Shown here piece by piece: positions 14,197 to 24,400 of a DNA stretch of 64,000 bases. Below the pieces are notes generated by a model, which saw only the letters and a list, made by a program, of their open reading frames with translations, made no database searches and was not told the origin of the DNA. The stretch spans positions 70,868,001 through 70,932,000 of the forward strand of contig NC_087437.1 of the NCBI RefSeq assembly GCF_036321535.1, in the 5' to 3' direction. Numbering within the stretch: position 1 is the first letter of the stretch; each line of letters starts with the position of its first letter. The position numbers were made by a program, and so were the translations under genes. This DNA comes from Camelus dromedarius. Lineage: Eukaryota.

Positions 14197-14372
14197 TAAT
14201 AACTACCATGTGATGACCAGCCAGGGACTTTATCTATGATAGCTCATGTCATCCTCAAAACACCTTATGGGATGAATATCCTCACCTTTTACAGACAGGG
14301 GAACTGAGGCTCTGAGAGCAGCTGTGACTTAGACACTGTTATAAAAGTCTATTCTACTCCAAAGCTCATTCC
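14197..14372 (-). mobile_element. MIR SINE
   Basis: atcctcaaaacaccttatggg...ttttacagacaggggaactgaggctctgaga. Confidence 0.8.
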
Positions 14373-14491
14373 CTTCTCACGCAGGTCACCCAGCACTTCA
14401 CTGCTCCCCTGGGTTCTTGCCTATCAGGATCTTTAAGACCTGTGAGAGGACCTACCAATGTCAAAATCATTGATTCCTCCTCTCCCTAAAT

Positions 14492-14501
14492 TGATTGACA
14501 G
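14492..14501 (+). promoter_or_regulatory. PBX-MEIS/PREP decamer TGATTGACAG
   Basis: Exact match to the TALE heterodimer consensus, about 2 kb upstream of the putative TSS. Confidence 0.5.
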
Positions 14502-15459
14502 TGGACCCTGTGTTTTAGACACTGTCACAGCAGCCATTGTTGAAGAGGATGGCGTGCAAATAAACTGAATGACTTGGCCATGATGTCTCTCAGATTCCTT
14601 GCCTTTGAGTGGACTCCCAGGTGCCTGACCTCTCTTTCAGTTTTCCTCTTTCACCTTAAGTAGCAACGTGGTTGCTGAAGCATGACTGAGAGTTTTTGCT
14701 TTCATATACACACCATGATTCTTGTTTTAGGACAAGAGACAGTCCCTCCAGTAACATCCGATGGCGCTGTTCTCTTCACAAGCATCTCTTTCTCCCTTAA
14801 AAAAAAAAAAAAAAAATTTACATTCAATTATTTGCTGTCAAGAGGGAGATCCTTACTGAATATGATCAGGTGTGTCCAAAAAGATACCATCAAATACATG
14901 GGCAGATAACACAGTTTCCTCTTTCTATTTTAGTAGCTCATTTCAATTGAAATATATAGGAAAAGTTGTCCATAGCTAATCTTCCAGGTAGAAAATCTCC
15001 TCAGTGTCTGAAAATGACACTGTAAGCTGAAAGACTCTATCTCTTTCACCCACAGTGTGCCTATATCTTAAAAATGAGTAGTATGAGAGAACCACATCTT
15101 TTTACACGGTGTTGTGTAGCAGGCAATATTCACAAAGAGAATTGCAGACTCTGGGAGAGGTCTTTGTGGATGCGTCAGCTGGCCTTCGCTAGCTCGGTGC
15201 GTGGCACCAGCTATGTACCTGGGTAAGGCCAGGCCTCTGCAACATTCTGCTTTTCTCTGAGAAGAAATTAAGCACTTAAATCCCCATCCCGAGAATTCAA
15301 AATGAACAACAACAAAAAAGAATTTCCACTTCTCTATTTAGGCATTTTTAAAAATTGAAGGTCTGTGCACTGACTGTATAGATGGAGGAATCTTGTTATT
15401 CTGGAGATGAGGGTGATTTCCATACCTGTTGGACCAGAGTCTTTAAAGAAAGCTGGAGT

Positions 15460-15600
15460 TTAGCTGATATGATGGAAAGAGCACAGTGGATCCCTGGGTT
15501 CTGGGTTCCAGTGTCGAAACTGCTGTTGCCTTTGTGATTTATTAGCCTGAGTCTCTGGGCCTCAGTTTCCTCATCTGCTAAACTAGGGCGTTGGAGGGAT
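15460..15600 (+). mobile_element. MIR SINE
   Basis: atggaaagagcac...tctctgggcctcagtttcctcatctgctaaa. Confidence 0.8.
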
Positions 15601-16229
15601 TGATTGCTGTGGCTTTTCTCGGCTCTGGTATTCTCTGGGTCTGCGAATCGCCTTCGGTGTCTGCCATAGTCTGCCTTGCCGACTCTGTTTGTCACAAAGA
15701 TTAATCCATTTTAACTGTACCTTGGAGTGCTCCCGGGAGAGGAGGATGGATGGATTGTTTTGCACCTATTATTGCATCAGAACTTTTGCCTTTTTAGACG
15801 AGATCGTGCCGTGCCTAAAATCTGTCTGCCTGTCTGCCCACTGACTTTGTCTGTGCTGATCTCTTGCCACGGTGCCTCTTCTTCAAGCATCCATCTCCCT
15901 CCAAGATCTAGACTCGGCATCCGACTGTACCTGTCTTGTTCTCTGCAGCATCTGTCTGCTACACTCCTAGACCGTCGTTAATAAACTTTCACACGTTACA
16001 CGCAGACCCTAATATGTTGGCACCTGCACATAAATATCTACCGTTCATAAAACTAGGGGAGAAAACTCCATTTTTTAAAAAGACCTCTATCTAGTGCCAT
16101 TTGTATTTGCACTTTTTGTTTAGTTGTAAGTTTTAATAGTTCCCCCTTTGAGGATTTGTCAGTACGAGCAGTATTGCTTATCAGAACACACCAACAGTCT
16201 TTTTGTAATATTCGCTTTTCCCCTTTGGT

Positions 16230-16531
16230 TCAGCCGAGCCTGCTGACAGATCATTCAAATTCAATTGTTTTATGTCTAAGCCGAACAGCTAATTAAAGTA
16301 GGGATGATTAACCTGACTGGCAGTGTCGCTCTCCCTCTCGCGCTCTCTCTCCCTCTCCCTTTCTCTCTCTCCCTCCCTCCTGTTCCAATCAGTCTTTTTC
16401 TCACACTCTCTCTCTCCTTCCGTGTCTCTCTCTCCCCCTCTGTCTCTCTCCCCCTCTCTCTCTCTCCCACTCTCTCTCTCTCTCCCCCCTCTCTTCCTCT
16501 CTCCCGGTCTCTCTCTCTCCCTCCCTCGGTT

Positions 16532-16584
<53 letters not shown>

Positions 16585-16620
16585 TGCTCTACTGTTTTTT
16601 TTCCCTCTCTCTCTCCTAAA
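16230..16620 (+). promoter_or_regulatory. Putative CpG-poor promoter with homeodomain/TALE motifs, CCAAT box and CT microsatellite
   Basis: TGACAG 16244-16249, TAATTA 16290-16295, TGATTAAC 16305-16312, TGACTGGCAG 16314-16323, CCAATCAG 16385-16392 embedded in a ~290 bp C/T tract; donor ~350 bp downstream. Confidence 0.65.
16326..16617. repeat. Polypyrimidine (CT)n tract, pure (TC)22 at 16534-16578
   Basis: Directly visible. Confidence 0.95.
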
Positions 16621-16965
16621 CGTGGTCTGCTTGCTGATGGCAGAATGGCACTCGGAGATTTGTGCATTGTGTCTGGTTTCCTACGGGCAGGCTGACCCAG
16701 TGCCTCCAGGGACTTATCAATAGACCACTCAGAAGAGACACAGACAGGAGAGAGGAGGAGGGGTGGGGGGAGAGAGAGAGAATCAATATCAAGAATAGAA
16801 GGAGCTCCGAAGCCATTTTTTTTTTAAAGAAGTATCGGGACTTGGGAGAGGGTGACAAAGAAGGTTTTTCAAAGAGGCAGTGGAGGAGGTTCTAATAAAT
16901 TTGGAAGGAAACAGTTCCCTGTCTTGGGAAAAGGAGAACTCCTGACTGATTAGCATTCACACCAG
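16618..16965 (+). ncRNA. Probable non-coding first exon (lncRNA or long 5' UTR); start approximate
   Basis: Unique sequence right after the promoter tract, ending at donor CAG|GTATGA (16965/16966); only short ORFs. Confidence 0.55.
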
Positions 16966-17336
16966 GTATGAGATGTTCGCTACCCCTTATCACTGTGTCG
17001 CAACCGAGATGGAAAAGCCTTTTTTTTTTTTAGGAGACTGAGGGAGCATGTATTTCGCTGTGTTTGTTGTTGGGGGGTAAGGGGGTGGCGTGAGATCTGT
17101 GGGCATTTGTGTATGGGAGCAGAAAGAATGGAAGCAGTACAACGGGGGGTGGGAAAGAGTATGGAGTATGTTACTGTCTTCCCTGTCTTTGTGCACCCCT
17201 GGGGGGTTACCCAAGTTCATTTCTAGCAGGTGGATTTAGACGGGAGTTACTTAACGCTTGACCGCCAGTTTTGAAAAAAAAGAAAAGGAAAAAAAAAAAA
17301 AAACGCTGCTTCCTATGTCTATTAAAGGAAGCTCCA

Positions 17337-17470
17337 ATTTCTCTCTCTCTCTTTCTCTCTCTCTCTCTTCCTCTCTCTGTCTTCCTCTCTCTCTCTTCCT
17401 CTCTCTCTCTCTCTCTGCCCCCCCATCTCTCTTCCCCTCTCTCCCTCTCTCTTCTTTTTTTCCTCTTCTA
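17337..17470. repeat. Second (CT)-rich polypyrimidine tract
   Basis: Directly visible; same strand polarity as the first tract. Confidence 0.95.
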
Positions 17471-19337
17471 ACCAGACAGCGGGAGGGTTCCTGGCTCCCA
17501 GCCAGCCCAAAAGCCTCTAAGTGTTTTGCACTTGTTTCAGGGAGTAGCTGCCCGGGGATTTTTCAGCATTTTCACTAGAGAACAAAGAGTTCTTTACAAA
17601 GGAAAGGGGTGGGGGGGGGGAGGTGAGCTTAATGTCTGATATATGTTTTTCTATTTTTATTAGTTTTTCCGCCTAAAAAGAGAGAGACAGGAACAGAACA
17701 TTCACTCTATAAAGACACAAAGACATTCAAAGGAAATCCAGTTATCTTTTCTCCCCATCACCCCAACAGATATACACAAAAAATAAAAAGGAAAAAGACT
17801 AATTAAGTTGGATATGTTGCTCTTTTCTCATCTTTTCATCTTTCTAAATCCAACTGTTCTTATGCTCACTCTATGCTATTTTTTTCTACTCACAATAAAA
17901 GTTGTTCAGGATGCATCCTCTCTTACCAGCTCTTTACCCATTCTGGGTCCCCAAAATCCTGTGGAGGAGAGAACAAGACTCCATAAAATAATCGGTTTAG
18001 TGGTGAGAACATCTTCTACTTTTGCCACTTGGGTAAAAAGTTAATTATGAGATTTGGGTTCCCGAAATACCGATGGGGTATGTTAGTTCATTCGGTCTCA
18101 CAAGTTTTTGCATCCATCTGTTTAAAAGGTACCACTTGTGTCACTTGTCAGTTATTAAGAAAAGGTACTAATGGAACGGATATTTGTATTTTATTTTTTG
18201 ACGAGAATGATAAAACCCCCAGAGAGATTACTGCCCCATCCGTGATATACTAGTTCAAGCAAAATATAGTCTGTTAGACAGAGATTTCTCTATGATTCGG
18301 ATTGCCACGTAGCTTTGCGTGCTCTCCATTTGATTTTTTGCCTATGCATGTATATTTTCATCATGAATTTGTGTTGGTAGCAAACATTCCAGAATGCTTA
18401 TCATTTTCAAATTAATGCTTCAACAAAAGAAGAAAGAAATCATGTGAACTGTATCTGCAAATTGTGTAAACAAGTCCACCTTTTATATATGCTGTACAAT
18501 TATAGCTTTATACTAACCTTCTTGAATTATAAACTCAAGAAATTGTTTTCTTTCTAAAAGTTCTCCTCCTAATGCATTTATATTTTGATTGTCATTTGGA
18601 AATCTTTTGAAGGTACTTAATAGACACAAAACTGAACAAGGGGGAGAATTCACAAGCAAGACAAAAATCCTTAAATATATACTATGTACAGTACCTAACT
18701 ACAGGTAACTATTTTACTAAGTGGAAACCAGCTACAACAGTTGTTTCAAGATTCAGAAACTTCTTTTCTTTTCTTTTTTTCTTCATTCACTAAAAATATA
18801 ACCTATTCCTGTCCCTGGGGAGGGAAACTGTAGGGAAAATATAGATATATACATTTTTCCATATTTTTAGCATACATTTATGTAACTGCTTCTTAAGGAT
18901 GTAATACATACCAAGGCAGAGAGTGATGTCTAGTCAGTAAACCGTTCTGGCTGGGAGGTGTGAGCACCTTATGTTTGAAGTAACTTGATAACTCTGAGTC
19001 TTTTCGGGAAACCTTACTGTGTATGTGTTGTCTCAGTAATGACCCTCGGAGAGAAAACAAGAGCTAGGTGGCCAGTGTTTGCACTTGAACTCGCTGAAAG
19101 ATGTTAGAATTAGGGGAACTTCTGGCAAATCCAAATTTTTCTAGGGTAACTCACTTCTTAGAGTTATGTGTTTTCTTCAGGAAAATTCTTATATTGCCTT
19201 GAGACTTTTCTGTATTTTTGTAGAGATTTTTAATGCTCTTAATAGTGCTTGAGGAAAAAAAGACCTTTAAAAAGAAAGTCAACAAAATAAGAGAAAAGAA
19301 ACTCGGTCTTTAAAAAGTTTTACGTTGAAGGCAAGAG

Positions 19338-19456
19338 CTTTTTTTTTTCCCTCCCCTTTTGGGCTTGTTTCTGATTTTTTTTTTCCTCTGAACTCTTTTG
19401 TTGCTGTGGACTGTTGTGCTTGCATTTTTGTTTTTTGTGTTTTTTTTTCGCTTGTG

Positions 19457-19488
<32 letters not shown>

Positions 19489-19490
19489 GT
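19338..19490. repeat. T/GT-rich low-complexity tract including T30 (19458-19487)
   Basis: Directly visible. Confidence 0.9.
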
Positions 19491-19510
19491 CTATTTTGGA
19501 TGTGACCAAG

Positions 19511-19635
19511 GGGGTCTAGGACAGGGACAGAGGGGCTACGGGGAGAGGCTGGTCCTGAAAGCTGCACCAGCCCCTCTGGATCCAAACTCAGGCAGCTCCC
19601 ATGAGCCAGTTGTGCCGCCAGGAGTGCAGTGAAAG
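19511..19635 (+). ncRNA. Candidate exon (125 nt)
   Basis: First AG (19509-19510) after a 171-nt AG-free T-rich tract; GC-rich body; donor AAG|GTGATA at 19635/19636. Confidence 0.4.
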
Positions 19636-20450
19636 GTGATAGCTGTCATTCTGGGATGCTTCGTACATCTGACCTGAGAGTAACACATTCACAGTCGAGG
19701 AGAAAAGGGAAAAAAAAATAGAGGAGGAGGAAAGAAAAGGTCTTTGAGCTGGAATACACTGGCCCTTTCTTCCTGTAGGCAATCCGCTCCAGTTCTTGGC
19801 GACGTGTCCTGCACTATCAGATATCATATGACTTTTTATTTAGATTCCTTTTCGGAGAATGGCCTGTTAGGACTCTGTTTGTTTTCTTTTATTTAATTTC
19901 CTTCTCCCCTCACCCGCGAGTTTTGTGTATCTGTGTGTGTGAGAGAGAGTGTGTACGCATGCATATGTGTGTGCAATTTTTATCTTTGTTTTTGTTCTGT
20001 TGATCTGATGCTTTATTTAAGGACAAAGCTTTAATTATTTCAGTATCCTGGTTTCATCATTTGCCAAAAAGAAACCTCATTCTAGGCTTTTTGGGGGGTC
20101 CATTTTTAGACACATCCATTAACACATGAGGCTGGGCCATCCTCAAACGCTTGTTGCTCGGCCCGTGGCCCACTCCTCACCTTAATTTACCCCTCCCCCT
20201 CATCAGCATGCACAGCAGTGCAAGTTAGGAAACACCTGTGCTGACTTGCGAGGGAAATAACAGTAGAAGCAACTTCTTCAAATCTGCACTCCTAGTTTCA
20301 CTTTAATAAACTTTTTTTTTTAATCGTTAGGTTTTTTTTTGTTTTTTTGTTTTTTTGGCACCTCTGATGAGCTTGAAAGCGTCAGAGATACTGCTAGATG
20401 TGACTGTGGAGCTTTTGTGAGGCCAGCTGAGCACCCCTGGAAAGTAGAGC

Positions 20451-20465
20451 GGGGGGGGGGGGGGG
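20451..20465. repeat. G15 homopolymer
   Basis: Directly visible. Confidence 0.95.
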
Positions 20466-21371
20466 CTGAAAGTCACTCAGAGACTTAAGAATGAAGTCAG
20501 AGATGTAAATAAGATCTGTGAGATCTGTGGGCCGTGCAGGGTTTGGTGATAGATGGTAAAATGGAATGCTTAGGGATGCTCAGGGAGGAGGAGAGGAAGA
20601 AATTCCTAGCCAGGGGTAACACAGGCATTCCTGCTGCAGTTAGTACTTTAAACACCGTATTTAATCCAATTTTTTTATTTTGTGTAACTCAAAATTTAAC
20701 CAGCAGATACGTGATTGCCTTCCTCTCCTTGCTTGCTCTGTAGAACAGAGGAATGCTACTGACATTATTACTGGGTTTCTCCTAAATTTTTGATGTATTT
20801 CTTTTTCTGTTTTGAAGAGTTCAGGTTTTAGTTAGCAAAGGAAAAACATAACTTTTCCAGGTATGCAAATAGCTATCTATGCCTTGTTCTTATCAATGCA
20901 TAACTTATCTATACATCACATAATGTGTCCTGTTTGTATCAGGATTTTTTTTTTGTATAGTAACAAGCAAGACTGCCTTGAAGGTTCAGATGACCATTAC
21001 ATTCTTTAAACTCATAGATTTCAGTTCCTTGTTATTCTCTCCCCAAATTAGTTTTTACAGACCTTAAATTTCTAACGCCATATCTTAGCCCGAGGTGAAT
21101 TTTGTTAAAACTTAGAGGAAATTTTATTCCACCTCTTTAAGACTATCCAAAAGGGAAGAGAGAACTATTTTTCGTTCAACAAAAAATTTTAGAAGTCCTT
21201 TTTTCCCCCAGCGGAAAACTCCAAAACAGCTTTGTCTCAGAACGTTAAACTTGGCATGGATAAAAAATGTGAGTTTTGCTTTGTTTGAGGAAATTTGTTT
21301 TTGAAACAACAATGTTATAAATATTTCTAAATTGCCTGCTGAGCATGCGCTGTATCTGACTTTATTCATAG

Positions 21372-21413
21372 TTTTAAATACACACCAAAGTGCAGTCTTC
21401 TGAATGGCCACAG
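21372..21413 (+). ncRNA. Candidate 42-nt exon
   Basis: ctgactttattcatag| acceptor; strong donor CAG|GTAAGG at 21413/21414. Confidence 0.3.
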
Positions 21414-24400
21414 GTAAGGCTGCTGATTTGTAAGATCTTTCTCAGAGCCACCTTCAGTGAGTCTACTCGGTTTTCCAGAAGGGAAAAGGGCGAGAGCTGA
21501 GTTTAAACCTGGACTCCCTTCTAAAAATCATAGAGCAAAAGTAGATTTCCCCATTAAGGCTTGCACATTGTACTTAGGGTAAGTACTATTCAACTTTCCT
21601 TTCTTATGGGAGTTGCCTGCCTTAACTTTTCAGCTTAATACTAGCAGAATAAAATAAGAAAAAAATTGAACTCAAGGAGGTATTTGCCTGAAGTAGAAAA
21701 TTTGCAGATTTTTAAGGGTATCTATTGTGCATAAATTTGGGGATCTGCGAATTTGCCAGTGAAATGATAGCAGCTCTGTGCTTACAGAGCAAAGATGTGC
21801 TAGTCTGAACATGCCTGATCTCATCTGGAATCGAAAGCTAAATCTAGGTGGGCCTATAATAATACTAGAAAAAGAACACATGTATCTTTTGTGCAACCTT
21901 TAAAAAAAAAAACAACACAGGCTTCCAAAGGGAATGACAAAGAAGTAGGTTCTCCTCTTGCTGAACAAATAGTCTTACTTTGCTCCAGGAGACAGATATT
22001 TCCAGTTGTTTGGGGTTGTTTTGTTTCATTTTGTTGTTGCCATCCCTGTGGAATATATTCTTTCCTGTCAGTGACTGTTAATACTTTCCATCTTTCAGAA
22101 TGCTTTATCTCCATGAACTCCATTTGATGTTTCCTCACTTGCTTACCTTTCTCAAGTCTGCGATGACCCTCTGAGGCTTTGCAATTCTTATCGATTCTTG
22201 CCAGAATATATTTATTCATTAGCTGTTTGTTATAGTTATGGTGGAGATAATCTCATTTTTCAGGCCTTCTAACTACCCAAACAAATTTCATTTCGTGGTG
22301 AAATTTCTCATAGTTCTTGACTCAGAACTGAACTTGTCTTGCAGAGGCTTGAGGAAAAGCCAATTAGCCGTTTTTAGCAAACTAAATATTCTAAGAAATG
22401 CAAGTGAAAATTTTTACAAAATACAGATTGTGCATGTATACAAGGCTGTTGTAATTTTTTTTCTTTCCATGATTTAAAACGGAACCTGAAAATTAAATGT
22501 ATTAAAAAAAAAAAAAAAAGAAAAAAACCTGCCAGGTTAATGCTGATATTTTCAATGCCCAATGTAAAATAATTCAAAGTTTTAGTTTCTCTGCTGCATA
22601 TCACCTTTCAACGTCACTCAGTAATACTTTTTGCAGATATACATATACATATATATATACACATACACACACATATGGAGACACAGCTTCACTTTACATT
22701 TATATTAATTCTATTTTTGCATGAAAGAGGATTAACATTAATGCAAACTTTTATTAATTTACTGTATTTATTATTATTCTGTAACTTAAAAATCCAATTA
22801 ACTGTTGCCTCCTTCTGATTATTTAACATATGCATATACTTATAAATGTCTATTTGTATTCTAATAATTTATGTTAACTTATAAAGTATTTTTATAAGTC
22901 TTACACACTCCTGAATTTTATGCAGCTATGTTACCATTCAGGTTGATTCAGATATGATTTGCTTTGTTCCATATCTGTTACTGTGTTAAAAAGTTTTTTT
23001 TTTTACTTTCCCAGTCTAGAAAGGCTATGGCTCTTGTTTCCTATATGTGATTTCTATATGTCTTCAATATTCTGAAGAAGAAACTTTCTAACCTTGCGAT
23101 CTCCTGAAAAGCTTTCAAATCAGTAAGGGAAGTTATCTTTGCCGTGGCCTCCCGGGTCTGTCTGTTTGTGCTCACTGTACCACCTCTCACCACCAGCGAT
23201 CCCGCAAAAACAACAATCATAAACATGATATGATAAATTTTCTGATCATAGAACCAGGAAATACCAAAGAGAATTGTGGCATATGCAGGAAAATGCCAAG
23301 AGCTTCTCCAGTAGGATCAGCTGGTTTTGTACTTTTTTTTTTTCTCTCCTGAATTTTGTTTGTGACTTTTTTGGCTTGCTGAAGCATATCCCCATAATCT
23401 TACGAAGCCACAGCAAATTCCCAATGCCACAACAACACTGTGCAGCTGGGGAGAGCCCAGAAGAGCTGCTCCTGGGTGGCTGCAGGCTTCCGCAGCAATG
23501 ATGCAGGGCAGGAGGAGGAAGTAGGCTGCTCTTCCCTTTGCTTCTGACCTGGGCTGCCAACCGGTCAGGTAGAGCGATTTCTTTTCCGTTGTTTTCCCTT
23601 CAGCTACTTGGGGCTTTTCCTTCAATTACCAAAGGCTTTCTGCCTCTTTCCAGGGATGATTTATACAGCAGAGCATCCCATTTTTCTTGTATATTGAAAC
23701 ATGGAAAGCGTTGGAGATTGGGAAGGGCACAGGAAAAGGGCTCAGGGTATCTGGGAAGTATTCAAAATGGCATCAGACTCAAAGCTGGTTTTGAGTCTGT
23801 AACTTTTCTATTCTCCCCAGAGCCTCTAAGAGGTTGAAAGTAGTGAATGGGATAACTATAGGGTGCAAACTATGATCTAACTGATTCAGTAGATGGAGCT
23901 CTTCCCCCTAAGTCTGTATTTAAATTATCGTCCCACTCTGGTTTGTAGCACTCTCTCTTTCAAGGTGTGTCATACGACACATGTAAAATCAAGGGTCTAG
24001 ATTGCTAGAGAAGAGATTTCCTGGCACTTTTTAAAAGAGATGGAGCATTTCACTCTGAAACAGAAAACAGCACAGGAGAGAAGGACGGCCGGGGTGGGAA
24101 GTGAAGTTTACCTAATCTCCATTTCTCCCTATGTTTGTTGATGTTCTTAAGTGTGTCGTCAAATCCTAGCACTTACTATACAACCGATTATTACTGTAAA
24201 GGTAGAAAAATGTATGGAACATGTAGGATTTGGGCTGTATTCCTTGCAAATCTTCCAGGCTATCTGAACTGTGCAGATCTCCTCTCATTTAATTCTGCAA
24301 AGGAATCTTAATACTGTCATGCAATTGTTTCATCCAATTAGTCTGGAGAACCTGGCTGAAATGTTACTAACTCTGCATTGTGACAGCGCAGAGGAGGGCA

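Noticed and set aside
16276..16723. ORFs of 64-139 aa rich in SL or ER dipeptides
   Set aside because: Translations of the CT/GA microsatellite.
19279..19585. Poly-Lys/poly-Phe ORFs
   Set aside because: Produced by T homopolymers.
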